Below, in pieces: positions 30,542 to 40,347 of a DNA stretch of 52,390 nucleotides. Within the stretch, counting starts at the first letter, position 1. The number at the start of each line of letters is the position of its first letter. The position numbers and the translations under genes are program-made. Below the pieces are notes generated by a model. That model did not search any database. It saw only the letters and a program-made list of their open reading frames with translations, and was not told the DNA's origin. The stretch is taken from NCBI GenBank assembly GCA_963604545.1, contig CAVCRI010000001.1:1-52390 (forward strand), read 5' to 3'. Source of the DNA: Lachnospiraceae bacterium. GTDB taxonomy: Bacteria > Bacteroidota > Bacteroidia > Bacteroidales > Bacteroidaceae.

Positions 30542-31273
30542 ATGAAGAAGAATGTATTATTATTAGCTATGGGTGGGTTGCTGGCTTGCCCCTTGTCGGT
30601 GGCAGCCCAGCAGAGCAGTCGTGAGCACACTGTCCAGCAGAAGGAGCAAAACAAGGCATTGCGTGACTCGCTCGCCGAGGCTACGCAGGTCTTGGCCTAT
30701 CATCCCGACAGCATTGACCTCCGGCTGAAGAAGGCGGCGTGGAACATACAGTTGGAGCAATGGCAATATGCCAAGGACGACCTCGACAAGGTGTTGTTCC
30801 TCAACAACACCAACATCGCCGGTCTCTTTTATCGTGCCTTCGTCAATGAGAAGCTGTTGCGCTATAACTTTGCCCGCCTCGATTACCAGAACCTCCTGGT
30901 CTTGGTGCCGGGCAACTTCCAAGCACAGCTGGGCTTGGCACTGCTCAATGAGAAGGACAAGCATTACACCGAGGCATACGACGGCATCAACAACCTGATA
31001 GAGCAATATCCCGACAGTGCTGCCGCTTATGCGGCGCGTGGGGGCATCGAGAAGGAGAGGGGCAAGCTGGAACTTGCCGAGTACGACTATGCCAAGGCCA
31101 TCACGCTCGACGATGACAACCAGGACTATCGCATCAACCATATCGACTTGCTCATCCTGCTGGGCAGGAAGCTCGATGCTTACGATGAGCTGGATGCCTT
31201 GCAGCGCAAGGGCGTGAAGGCAGGGCAGCTACAGGAGTTTTACCGACGGCTGAGAGCCAAGGGCAAGAGATAA
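30542..31273 (+). CDS. Secreted tetratricopeptide repeat protein
   Basis: Signal peptide MKKNVLLLAMGGLL followed by several TPR motifs. Confidence 0.85.
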   Translation: MKKNVLLLAMGGLLACPLSVAAQQSSREHTVQQKEQNKALRDSLAEATQVLAYHPDSIDLRLKKAAWNIQLEQWQYAKDDLDKVLFLNNTNIAGLFYRAFVNEKLLRYNFARLDYQNLLVLVPGNFQAQLGLALLNEKDKHYTEAYDGINNLIEQYPDSAAAYAARGGIEKERGKLELAEYDYAKAITLDDDNQDYRINHIDLLILLGRKLDAYDELDALQRKGVKAGQLQEFYRRLRAKGKR

Positions 31274-31414
31274 TGGCTCTTATGTCTTAAAAGATGTCAA
31301 AAGAAGAAAACTATTTGCGCATGTCTGGTTTTATTCGTACCTTTGCACAGGCTTTAGGCGACTTGTCGTCTGCCTGCCAGTATCAACGGATTAACTCGCA
31401 AATAGTTTTTTTAT

Positions 31415-32250
31415 ATGTATAAAGTAAGTAGCAGCCCCATGTGGGGAAAGTGTTTTGTGCTTGTGGCATGCCTCTTCTTGCTAGTGGCATGCGACACGGT
31501 GTTCGATGTGCATCCCTATGATGTGCGTGTAAAGGGAAAGACCAAGCTGAATGCCTCAAACGTGGCTCGCATCGAGGCGAGCGTGAAGTCGAAGGATACC
31601 ATCCGCTTTGCTTTCATCAGCGATTCCCACCAGTGGTTGGATGACTTGAAAAAGGAAGTAGCCCATATCAATGGAAAGGGAGATAGCATCGATTTCGTGA
31701 TTCATGGAGGCGATGTGAGCGATTTTGGGGCAACGAGAGAGTTCTTGTGGACACGTGATGAGTTGCTCAAGCTGAAGAAACCCTTTGTTGTTATGTTGGG
31801 CAACCATGACTGCCTGGGCACGGGTGAGGAAACGTATGAGGAAGTATTCGGCAATCCCGACTTTAGCTTTATCGCCGGCAGGGTGAAGTTTTTGTGCCTC
31901 AACACCAACGCGATAGAGTATGATTATTCTCGACCAGTGCCCAACTTCGAGTTTATGGAGGAACAGGTAACGGCAGATTCTGCCGACTTTGACCGCACCG
32001 TGGTTTGCATGCATGCCGAGCCTTATTCGGAACAGTTTAATAACAACGTGGCGAAGGTGTTCAATTACTACATACACACCAGTTGCCCCGTCTTCAGTTC
32101 TGCCTGGCTGGGCATGGTCACCACATCCGCATCAATGACCTCTATGATGATGGCACGTTGTTTTATATGACGGCGAGCAGCCATTTCCGTCAGTATTATA
32201 TATTCACTCTTACTCCATCGGGCTATAACTATGAAATCGTTGACTTTTAA
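31415..32250 (+). pseudogene. Metallophosphoesterase lipoprotein, frameshifted near 32071-32080
   Basis: Lipobox LVAC, SDSH, GGD and GNHD are in frame 1. The final GHxH motif (CLAGHGHH) and C-terminus (...YNYEIVDF*, stop 32248-50) continue in another frame after CATACACACC. Confidence 0.8.
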
Positions 32251-32968
32251 ATATCTCCAGCTTTTCTTGAGCATTTTTCCCTTGATGAGTGTTGCGCAGA
32301 CAAAGGAAGCGAGTGGGAACTCAGGTATGATGCCCAAGGTTTCATCTGCTCCTTCAGCTGTTGCTCCTACTTCTTCAGATTCTGTTTCTTTGGATTTAAA
32401 TCTAAGTAAGTACGACAAGCATTCTATGCGCTATCGGGCGCATTGGAACCTGCTGATTCCTACACAAGGCGTGATTCAGACTTGTGGCAACATGGGCATA
32501 GTTTCTCTAGGTGTTGGCTGGGATTATGGGCGTAAGCGCAAGTGGGAAACCCACTTGATGTTGGGCATTATCCCGAAGTATGACTCTTCAAGCATGAAGT
32601 TTACACTTACTCTCAAGGAGAACTTTACGCCTTGGCGCTCTGACATGGGTAAGGGTTGGACATTTGAGCCGTTGGAGTGCAGCCTTTACTTTAATACGGT
32701 GTTTGGGCATGACTTCTGGACCAAGCAGCCTACCAAGTATGAGAGTGGTTATTACCCGTTCTCCACTCGTGTCCGCCCAAATCTGGCGTTGGGCGAGCGA
32801 TTCAAATATGAGATACCTAACAGCCGTCGCAAGAGCATCAAGAGCGTAACATTCTTCTATGAGTTGGGAACCAACGACATCTATTTCATGCGTTTCTTTC
32901 GCAATGGCAATGCAGGCTTCTGGGATGTCTTCGGGCTCTCACTGGGCGTCAAGGTGCAATACTTGTAG
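32231..32968 (+). CDS. Hypothetical outer-membrane beta-barrel-like protein
   Basis: Signal peptide; aromatic alternating beta-strands; C-terminal SLGVKVQYL. Confidence 0.6.
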   Translation: MKSLTFKYLQLFLSIFPLMSVAQTKEASGNSGMMPKVSSAPSAVAPTSSDSVSLDLNLSKYDKHSMRYRAHWNLLIPTQGVIQTCGNMGIVSLGVGWDYGRKRKWETHLMLGIIPKYDSSSMKFTLTLKENFTPWRSDMGKGWTFEPLECSLYFNTVFGHDFWTKQPTKYESGYYPFSTRVRPNLALGERFKYEIPNSRRKSIKSVTFFYELGTNDIYFMRFFRNGNAGFWDVFGLSLGVKVQYL

Positions 32969-33030
32969 TGAAGACTAGTCCTTGCAAACATGGTATGTTT
33001 CTGTGAAGGCTAGTCCTTGCAAACATGGTA
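32968..33030. repeat. 28-bp direct repeat x2
   Basis: GTGAAG(A/G)CTAGTCCTTGCAAACATGGTA at 32968-32995 and 33003-33030. Confidence 0.9.
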
Positions 33031-34152
33031 GGTTGCATGGAACTCATTGATGAGCTTCGCCACTCGCTCCACATCTGTCTTGTCCATGGATTGGTTGCAA
33101 GGCAGGCTGAGCTCTTCCGCATGGATGCGCTCCGTGATGGGGAGCTTCAGCTGGTTCCAGGAGTGGTAGCATTGCTGCTGGTGGGGTGGGATAGGATAAT
33201 GGATCATCGTCATCACACAGTTGGCATGCAGGAATCTCTGCAGCTCGTCACGCTGCTTGGATAGGATTGGGAAGATGTGGACCACGTTTTCCTTGATGGG
33301 CGCATACATTTGCCTAGGGATGTAGAGGTGGCCGTTGGGCTCTATGCATTCCAGGTAGTGGAGCGCCAGCTCCTGTCGCCTCAAGTTGATTTCGTCGAGA
33401 TGGGGCAGCTTGACATCCAGTACCGCCGCCTGTATCTCGTCCATTCTCGAGTTTCTTCCTTGGTAGTCGAACACGTATTTCCTCGAACTGCCATAGTTGC
33501 CTAGTGCCCTGATGGCGCTGGCGAGCTCATCGTCGTCGGTGGTCACGGCACCCGCATCGCCCAGTGCTCCCAGGTTCTTGCCAGGGTAGAAGCTGTGGGC
33601 GGCGGCATCGCCGATGCTTCCAGTTCTCCGTCCCTTGTAGAGGCATCCGTGAGCTTGGGCGTTGTCCTCGAATAGCATCAGGTGATGCTTCTTGCAGAGG
33701 TATAGCATCTGTTGGGTGATGCTGCACTTGCCGTAGAGATGCACCGTCATGATGGCGCGTGTCTTCTGGGTGATGCGCTTCTCGATGAGATTGCAGTCCA
33801 TCTGCATGTTCTCCAGGGTTGGCTCGATGAGGACAGGGGTGAGTCCTGCGCTGGTGATGGCAAGGATGGTTGCGATGTATGTGTTGGCGGGTACGATGAC
33901 CTCGTCGCCATAGTCCAGCCTGCCCAGTTCTATCTCGGCTTGCAGGATGAGCTTGAGTGCGTCGAGCCCATTGCCGCAACAGATGCAGTTGCGGGTACCG
34001 ATATATTCTGCATAATGTTTCTCAAAGGCATCTATGGCCTTGCCTTGCAAGTACCATCCGCTGTCCACCACTTCCTCCATCGCCTTCATGATGTCTTTCT
34101 CGTAGGGCGCGTTGATGTCCTTCAGATTCAGATAACTTATTTCTTTGTTCAT
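33010..34152 (-). CDS. DegT/DnrJ/EryC1/StrS family PLP-dependent sugar aminotransferase (FdtB-like)
   Basis: [27 protein letters not shown] and [15 protein letters not shown] motifs. Confidence 0.93.
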   Translation of the reverse strand: MNKEISYLNLKDINAPYEKDIMKAMEEVVDSGWYLQGKAIDAFEKHYAEYIGTRNCICCGNGLDALKLILQAEIELGRLDYGDEVIVPANTYIATILAITSAGLTPVLIEPTLENMQMDCNLIEKRITQKTRAIMTVHLYGKCSITQQMLYLCKKHHLMLFEDNAQAHGCLYKGRRTGSIGDAAAHSFYPGKNLGALGDAGAVTTDDDELASAIRALGNYGSSRKYVFDYQGRNSRMDEIQAAVLDVKLPHLDEINLRRQELALHYLECIEPNGHLYIPRQMYAPIKENVVHIFPILSKQRDELQRFLHANCVMTMIHYPIPPHQQQCYHSWNQLKLPITERIHAEELSLPCNQSMDKTDVERVAKLINEFHATYHVCKD

Positions 34153-34181
34153 TTTCTTTCTTGATGTTGAGTGTTACTGTG

Positions 34182-34565
34182 CTATCTTCGGGGGAGCGTG
34201 TTGCTTCCTTCCCTGATGATGAGTGCCACTGTTCCGTTGGAGCAATTGCAAATTTGATGCCAAATTCCCTTGCCGATGATGAGGGCTTTGTAGGGATGGT
34301 TGAGGTGGAACCTTATCGCCTGTTGCTGCGTGCTGTTGGAACCTTGGCTTGTCGTGATGTCAAAAGAGCCCGACAGTGCCACAATCATCATCTTCCCCTG
34401 CGCATATCGTTCTGCCGGACAATCCTCGCCTGCCGCCATTTCATATTCCCATTCCACCGTGCCCAGCTCGAAGGGTGCGTGGATGTTTTCCTCGGCGACA
34501 GTCAGGCTGCCACGAGGGTCGTATATCTTGGGTAAGTCTATGAGATAAGCTATTTCTTTTTTCAT
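34182..34565 (-). CDS. FdtA/QdtA (WxcM-like) cupin, apparently degenerate
   Basis: LIDLPKIYDPRGSL, VALSGSF and LNHPYKALII..GIW motifs; the RGxHAH motif is not seen. Confidence 0.7.
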   Translation of the reverse strand: MKKEIAYLIDLPKIYDPRGSLTVAEENIHAPFELGTVEWEYEMAAGEDCPAERYAQGKMMIVALSGSFDITTSQGSNSTQQQAIRFHLNHPYKALIIGKGIWHQICNCSNGTVALIIREGSNTLPRR

Positions 34566-34568
34566 ATA

Positions 34569-34626
34569 TATGTGCTATTGGGGCATTGTATGTGCTATTG
34601 TGGCATTGTATGTGCTATTGTGGCAT
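34569..34626. repeat. 20-bp tandem repeat x~3
   Basis: TATGTGCTATTG(G/T)GGCATTG at 34569, 34589 and 34609 (partial). Confidence 0.92.
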
Positions 34627-34715
34627 CTGCCTTTGAATAATAACGTAGGGTTGGGGAAATTATTTTATGGGGAACGCAAAAAATAGGTGCAGGGCTTGGG
34701 GATGGGTGGAAAAGC

Positions 34716-34802
34716 AAAGAGCAGCTATCTTCTCAGACAACTGCTCTACATTCAATAGGTATTAGTTTTCTTTAAGGTAAAAAGATTGTATTCAGGATAA
34801 CG
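34716..34802 (-). ncRNA. Putative small RNA, copy 2
   Basis: TATCTTTG -7 box at 34807-14 (minus strand); core shared with 376-426; terminator AGAGCAGTTGTC-TGAGAA-GATAGCTGCTCT-TT. Confidence 0.65.
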
Positions 34803-35113
34803 CTTGCAAAGATACTAAAAATAATCGGTTTAAAAAAATAAAAATGAAACTATTTTGTCTTAAACACGTATTTTTCTGTCTATTTGTATGTCTAAGGGCT
34901 TATTTTGTAAATGATTCTTCATAAAAGCTAACGTTTAGCCAGTTTGGGTACAATAAAAGCAGTAGTCTAGCAGGGGCGCATCCTGTAAACTTAAACAAGG
35001 GAAGGATAAGTCTTGCGTGTGCATGTCCTATAGCTAAAACAAGGGAAGGGGGGAGGATTATGGATGGTGTAAAAAAATATAAGGAAGCCCTAAAAGTAGG
35101 ACTTCCCTATAAG

Positions 35114-35184
35114 AGGTGTCTAGCGGAGTCGAACCGCTCTACACGGTTTTGCAGACCGTTACCTAACCGCTCGGTTAAGACACC
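35114..35184 (-). tRNA. tRNA-Cys (GCA)
   Basis: GGTGTCT acceptor stem, anticodon arm ACGGT-CTGCAAA-ACCGT, T-loop GGTTCGACTCC. CCA is not encoded. Promoter boxes at 35223-30 and 35251-54. Confidence 0.97.
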
Positions 35185-35325
35185 TTGTCTTTATTGAAGT
35201 AATCATTTCTGATTTGCGGTTGCAAAGGTACTACTTTTCTTTGGTTCCACCAAATATTTTCGTGACTTTTTTCAAAAAAAGTTGCATTTTCTTGCATTTT
35301 CCTTGTTTTTCGCCCATGTTAGGCC

Positions 35326-35496
35326 CTATCTCTGCACCCTTTTCTTCTTGTTCTGTTCACATTTCTGGTAGAACGGGCATCCTGCGCATTTATAGTCCTT
35401 GCACTGGCTCACGCCATGCCATGCCTTATAAATGCGAATGGCGGCATACACGATGCATGCCGCCACCACCAATCCGATAATCAAATATTGGATCAT
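35326..35496 (-). CDS. Small Cys-rich membrane protein (FeoB-associated Cys-rich membrane protein-like), 56 aa
   Basis: MIQYLIIGLVVAACIVYAAIRIYKAWHGVSQCKDYKCAGCPFYQKCEQNKKKRVQR*; not in the ORF track. Confidence 0.75.
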   Translation of the reverse strand: MIQYLIIGLVVAACIVYAAIRIYKAWHGVSQCKDYKCAGCPFYQKCEQNKKKRVQR

Positions 35497-35538
35497 CCTT
35501 GCTAATGGGTTATGTGATTAACCTATCGAATGTCAACC

Positions 35539-35760
35539 TTAACCTACGGCATTGTAGCCATTGGTTGAGTTCTTGCGCATGATGTCACGGATGTTCATTT
35601 CCTTGAATCCGTTGGCACGATGAGCCGCCTCCAGTTCTTCCTCCTCCTCGATGTCCTTCTCAGAACGAGTGAAGGTGAAAGCCTTGTACTTAAATTCTGC
35701 AATCATCCAGCCTACGAGGGCTACGACGATCAATGCGATAAATCCTACTAATGCGTTCAT
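35539..35760 (-). CDS. Small single-pass membrane hypothetical protein
   Basis: N-terminal hydrophobic helix and charged tail; AT-rich start context. Confidence 0.7.
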   Translation of the reverse strand: MNALVGFIALIVVALVGWMIAEFKYKAFTFTRSEKDIEEEEELEAAHRANGFKEMNIRDIMRKNSTNGYNAVG

Positions 35761-35822
35761 TGTCTTGTTTTATCTTATTGTTATTTTTGTATTGTCCTAC
35801 ACCTATATTATATAATAATGTG

Positions 35823-35855
35823 TAACTCCTAACTTCTAACTCCTAACTCCTAACT
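35823..35855. repeat. Heptamer tandem repeat (reverse orientation of AGTTAG(G/A))
   Basis: TAACTCC TAACTTC TAACTCC TAACTCC TAACT immediately after the stop of a minus-strand gene. Confidence 0.85.
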
Positions 35856-35856
35856 A

Positions 35857-36675
35857 TTAATAGTCATCGTCTGCCACATCCTCTGCATCGTCGAGCCCCA
35901 GGTTCTCAGGGTCCTCGAAGGTAGTGCGGTAGCTTTCCTCGGTGAGCTTGTCGTCGTCGAAGGCATCGTCGTCCTCGTCAGGGTCATTGTAGTGATCCTC
36001 AATCTCTGGTGCGTCCTCGTCGTCATCCTCCTCGTCGTCACGGTCGCGGAGCTCATCCTCATGGTCCAGTTCGTCCTCGTCCATGAATTTCATGCGAATC
36101 TTCTCCTGCTTTGGCTTCTCCTTGGCGAAGATAGCCTCCACCCATGTACCCTTAGGTACGACGAGCACCTCATAGTCGTCGGCGAGCTTCTTCTCATAGA
36201 GACCTCCTGGTTTCTTGAGGCGATCCTTAGGCAGGGTAGTGGTGCTGATGTCGAATCCACTCTCTATGATGTCCTGGATGCTCTGTGGCAAACTCTCCCA
36301 TCCACCACCGAAGTTGCGCTCCAGCACCTCGATGAGCTTGGTGGCAGTGATGTGGCTGATGTTCTCGTAGGTCAGGTCGGTTACTCGCATGATAGGACGC
36401 TTCTTGATGGCGTACTTCACGTTGGCATCGTCGATGCGGAAGGTACCTACCTTGAATCCGCGCTGGGTCAGTTTCTCGATGACCTCAGGACGGTCTACCT
36501 GTACTTTCTCCACCTCGAAGGCACTGCGTATGATGTCTAGGTATCTGCGCTGGTTGTCCTTCAGGTCGTTGTCCTTCTCTGCTTGTTCCCAGAGGCGGAA
36601 CACATCGTTTTCCTGTATATCCCAGACACTGCTCTTGGAGAGTGTCTTGAGAGTGATTGCTTTTTCCTTTTTCAT
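35857..36675 (-). CDS. Hypothetical protein with long acidic C-terminal tail
   Basis: Strong codon bias; the last ~75 aa are Asp/Glu-rich. Start taken at MKKEKAIT. Confidence 0.8.
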   Translation of the reverse strand: MKKEKAITLKTLSKSSVWDIQENDVFRLWEQAEKDNDLKDNQRRYLDIIRSAFEVEKVQVDRPEVIEKLTQRGFKVGTFRIDDANVKYAIKKRPIMRVTDLTYENISHITATKLIEVLERNFGGGWESLPQSIQDIIESGFDISTTTLPKDRLKKPGGLYEKKLADDYEVLVVPKGTWVEAIFAKEKPKQEKIRMKFMDEDELDHEDELRDRDDEEDDDEDAPEIEDHYNDPDEDDDAFDDDKLTEESYRTTFEDPENLGLDDAEDVADDDY

Positions 36676-36828
36676 TGTCTTTCCTTTTTTATATGCAAAA
36701 GTAAGTACTTCTTTTTTAATATCCAAATTTTCGAGCCTCTTTTTATGTTTTTATACGCATTTTCTTTGTCTTTCCTATTTTTTTCATTACCTTTGCACTA
36801 TAATGATAATAGAAACTGAATAATACGA

Positions 36829-38103
36829 ATGAGTGAACCATTAGCAGAAAGAATGAGGCCTCGCACGCTTGCCGAGTATGTGGGGCAGAAGCATTTGGTG
36901 GGCGAGGGAGCCGTGTTGCGCAAAATGATAGAGGCGGGGCGAATTTCCTCCTTTATCCTCTGGGGACCTCCGGGAGTGGGCAAGACTACGCTCGCCCAGA
37001 TTGTGGCGCAGACCCTCCAGGTGCCTTTCTTCACGCTCTCGGCGGTGACCAGCGGCGTGAAGGATGTGCGTGAGGTGATAGAGCGTGCCAAGAACGGACG
37101 CTTCTTCAACTCGGCTTCGCCAATCCTCTTCATCGATGAGATACATCGCTTCTCCAAGAGTCAGCAAGACTCGTTGCTCGGGGCGGTGGAGAAGGGCATC
37201 GTCACCCTGATAGGCGCCACTACCGAGAATCCATCGTTCGAGGTGATTCGCCCATTGCTCTCTCGCTGCCAGCTCTACGTGCTCAAGTCCTTGGGCAAGG
37301 ACGACCTGGAGGAGCTCCTGCACCGTGCCATCACCCAGGATGTGGAGCTCAAGAAACGTGACATCCAGTTGAAGGAGACGGGGGCGATGATGCGCTTCAG
37401 TGGCGGCGACGCTCGCAAGTTGCTCAACATCCTGGAGCTGGTGGTTGAGTCTGCCGGCACCGACCCCGTTGTCATCACCGACCAGATGGTGGAGGAGCAG
37501 TTGCAGCAGAATCCGCTTGCCTACGACAAGCAGGGCGACATGCACTACGACATCATCTCCGCCTTCATCAAGAGCATCCGTGGCAGCGACCCGGATGCGG
37601 CGCTCTACTGGATGGCACGCATGATAGAGGGAGGAGAGGACCCGCAGTTCATCGCTCGTCGCGTGGTGATCAGTGCCAGCGAGGATGTGGGCTTGGCCAA
37701 TCCCAATGCCCTCCTGCTCGCCAACGCCGCCTTCGACACGGTGATGAAGATAGGTTGGCCCGAGGCTCGCATCGCTCTAGCCGAGGCAGTGGTCTATCTC
37801 GCCACCAGTCCGAAGAGCAACAGTGCCTATCTGGGCATCGATGCCGCCTTGGCAGCCGTCAAGCGAACCGGCAACCTGCCGGTGCCCCTTCATATTCGCA
37901 ATGCGCCAACCAAGCTCATGGCAGAGTTGGGTTATCATGATGGCTATAAGTATCCCCATGACTATCCGGGCCATTTCACCGAGCAGCAATATCTGCCCGA
38001 TGACTTGAAGGATGCCCGCTTCTGGCATGCGCAGCACTCGCCAGCCGAGGAGCGACTCTACAACTGGATGGTAACCTGCTGGGGAGAAAGGTTTAAAAGT
38101 TAG
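36829..38103 (+). CDS. rarA: Replication-associated recombination protein A (RarA/MgsA)
   Basis: PLAERMRP, GPPGVGKTT, DEIHRF, GATTENPSF, SAFIKSIRGSD and SPKSN motifs. Confidence 0.96.
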   Translation: MSEPLAERMRPRTLAEYVGQKHLVGEGAVLRKMIEAGRISSFILWGPPGVGKTTLAQIVAQTLQVPFFTLSAVTSGVKDVREVIERAKNGRFFNSASPILFIDEIHRFSKSQQDSLLGAVEKGIVTLIGATTENPSFEVIRPLLSRCQLYVLKSLGKDDLEELLHRAITQDVELKKRDIQLKETGAMMRFSGGDARKLLNILELVVESAGTDPVVITDQMVEEQLQQNPLAYDKQGDMHYDIISAFIKSIRGSDPDAALYWMARMIEGGEDPQFIARRVVISASEDVGLANPNALLLANAAFDTVMKIGWPEARIALAEAVVYLATSPKSNSAYLGIDAALAAVKRTGNLPVPLHIRNAPTKLMAELGYHDGYKYPHDYPGHFTEQQYLPDDLKDARFWHAQHSPAEERLYNWMVTCWGERFKS

Positions 38104-38120
38104 TAATACGAGAAAGAAAT

Positions 38121-38759
38121 ATGAGTATACAAAACGATCCGCAATTCGTGATTACGCTACAGCGTGTCATCGAGTTTATCGGTACTTTTACGTTTGCCCT
38201 CTCGGGCATCCGTCTTGCCGCCAGCAAGCATTACGACTGGTTGGGTGGCTTTGTTTGTGGTGTGGCTGTCGCCATCGGTGGCGGTACTATCCGCGATGTG
38301 TGTCTGGGCGTGCGTCCATTCTGGATGCTCAGCCCTATCTATATGATATGTACGTTGTTTGCCCAGGTGGTGGTCATCGCATGCCATCATTACCTCAAGC
38401 GCCTCGACAACACCTGGTTCCTCTTCGACACCTTGGGATTGGCGCTCTTCAACATTGCCGGTATTCAGAAGACGCTCGACTGTGGCTTCCCTTTCTGGGT
38501 CGCCATCATCATGGGGTGCATCACGGGTGCGGCAGGCGGTGTCATCCGTGATGTGCTGCTCAACGAGGAGCCGGTCATCTTCCGCAAGGAGATTTATGCC
38601 ATGGCATGCATAGCCGGCGGCTTGGCTTACTGGCTGCTCAGTTATCTGGGCGTGAGTCTGTATGTCACGGTCATCGTGGCGTTTGTGGTGGTTTGCGCCA
38701 TCCGTCTCTTGGCTGTGCGCTATCATATCTCGCTGCCAAAGTTGAGGGATGAGGCGTAG
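38121..38759 (+). CDS. Trimeric intracellular cation channel (UPF0126/YadS) family membrane protein
   Basis: Duplicated GGGTIRD / GGVIRD motifs, FDTLGL, and about 7 TM helices. Confidence 0.9.
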   Translation: MSIQNDPQFVITLQRVIEFIGTFTFALSGIRLAASKHYDWLGGFVCGVAVAIGGGTIRDVCLGVRPFWMLSPIYMICTLFAQVVVIACHHYLKRLDNTWFLFDTLGLALFNIAGIQKTLDCGFPFWVAIIMGCITGAAGGVIRDVLLNEEPVIFRKEIYAMACIAGGLAYWLLSYLGVSLYVTVIVAFVVVCAIRLLAVRYHISLPKLRDEA

Positions 38760-38775
38760 TTCGACTTATATATTT

Positions 38776-38792
38776 GCGGATTTGCAATCCGC
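38776..38792. repeat. Short REP-like palindrome
   Basis: GCGGATT-TGC-AATCCGC intergenic hairpin. Confidence 0.55.
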
Positions 38793-38813
38793 CTTAATCA
38801 AATAAAACAATAG

Positions 38814-40322
38814 ATGAAACAACTGAAGACAATCTTGATGCTTGTCTTGGCGATGACACTGCTGTCTGCCACGACGATGAGAGCACAAAACAAGCGTGAG
38901 TTCCGTGGTGCCTGGATACAGTGCGTCAACGGTCAGTATCTGGGCAAGAGTACCCAGCAAATCCAGGGGATGCTTACCCAGCAGCTCGACGAGTTGCAGC
39001 GGGATGGGGTCAACGCCATCATCTTCCAGGTACGTGCCGAGTGCGATGCGCTCTATCAGAGCGACCTGGAGCCATGGAGCAAGTTCCTTACCGGAGTCCA
39101 GGGCAAGGCTCCCAATCCCTACTGGGATCCCTTGCAGTGGATGGTGGAGCAGTGCCACAAGCGTGGCATGGAGATTCATGCGTGGATTAACCCTTACCGT
39201 GCCAAGCATGGTTCTACCTCGATGGAGCAGGTGTCGCCTAAGAGTGTGGTGAAGAAACGCCCTGGGCTCTGTTTTAGCTATGACAACCTCGTGCTCCTCA
39301 ACCCGGGCTTGCAAGAGGCTGCCGACTATATATGCACCGTGGCTGCCGACATCGTGAACCGCTATGACATCGACGGCTTCCATATCGACGATTATTTTTA
39401 TCCTTACCCTGTCGCAGGCAAGCAGATTCCCGACCAGCAGCTCTATAGCCAGAACCCTCGTGGATTCCGTAACATTGGCGACTGGCGACGCGACAATGTC
39501 ACCATGTTTGTCAAGCAGCTGGGCGAGACCATCCATCGCATCAAGCCTTGGGTCAAGTTTGGCGTTTCTCCTTTCGGCATCTATCGCAACAAGCGAACAT
39601 CTGCAATAGGCTCCAATACTTTCGGTCTCCAGAACTACGACGACCTCTATGCCGACGTGCTGCTCTGGGTGAACAATGGACTAATCGATTACTGCGTGCC
39701 ACAGCTCTACTGGGAGATAGGCAACAAGGCCGCCGACTACAAGACCCTCATCACCTGGTGGAACAAGTATGCGGGCAACCGTCCGCTCTATATAGGTGAG
39801 GACATCGAGCGCACCGCCAAGTTTGCCGACCCCGTGAATCCACGCAGCCATCAGCTTCCAGCCAAGCATCGCCTGCACCAGCAGATGAACAATGTGAAGG
39901 GCACTGTGCTCTGGTATGCCAAGACGGCTGCCGACAATGTGGGCAACATAGGTCATACCCTGCGCGACTATTACTGGAAGTACCCTGCCTTGCCTCCGTT
40001 GATGCCTTTCCTCGACGACAAGGCGCCAAAGGATGTGAAGGGGCTCAAGATGGAGTGGACGGCTGAGGGGCCTGTGCTCACCTGGAAGGCACCGAAGGTG
40101 AAGGCGAAGAAATGGGGCGATGTGGTCAACCGCTTCGCCGTCTATCGCTTCGAGAAGGGAGCAGACCTCAATGTCAATGATGTCGCCGCTCTTCAGGCTG
40201 TCACCTATGCCGAGCACTTCAAGTTGCCATACGTGAAGGACAAGAAGTATGTGTACGTGGTCACTGCGCTCGACCGTGTGGGCAACGAGAGCAAGGGCAA
40301 GAAGATAAAGGTCAATCTTTAG
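38814..40322 (+). CDS. Glycosyl hydrolase-like 10 (YddW/DigH family) protein with C-terminal Fn3-like domain
   Basis: REFRGAWI, WDPL, IHAWINPYR, DGFHIDDYFYPYP, FGVSPFG and PQLYW motifs. Confidence 0.9.
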   Translation: MKQLKTILMLVLAMTLLSATTMRAQNKREFRGAWIQCVNGQYLGKSTQQIQGMLTQQLDELQRDGVNAIIFQVRAECDALYQSDLEPWSKFLTGVQGKAPNPYWDPLQWMVEQCHKRGMEIHAWINPYRAKHGSTSMEQVSPKSVVKKRPGLCFSYDNLVLLNPGLQEAADYICTVAADIVNRYDIDGFHIDDYFYPYPVAGKQIPDQQLYSQNPRGFRNIGDWRRDNVTMFVKQLGETIHRIKPWVKFGVSPFGIYRNKRTSAIGSNTFGLQNYDDLYADVLLWVNNGLIDYCVPQLYWEIGNKAADYKTLITWWNKYAGNRPLYIGEDIERTAKFADPVNPRSHQLPAKHRLHQQMNNVKGTVLWYAKTAADNVGNIGHTLRDYYWKYPALPPLMPFLDDKAPKDVKGLKMEWTAEGPVLTWKAPKVKAKKWGDVVNRFAVYRFEKGADLNVNDVAALQAVTYAEHFKLPYVKDKKYVYVVTALDRVGNESKGKKIKVNL

Positions 40323-40347
40323 GATTGGCCTTTTTTATGATTTTTTT

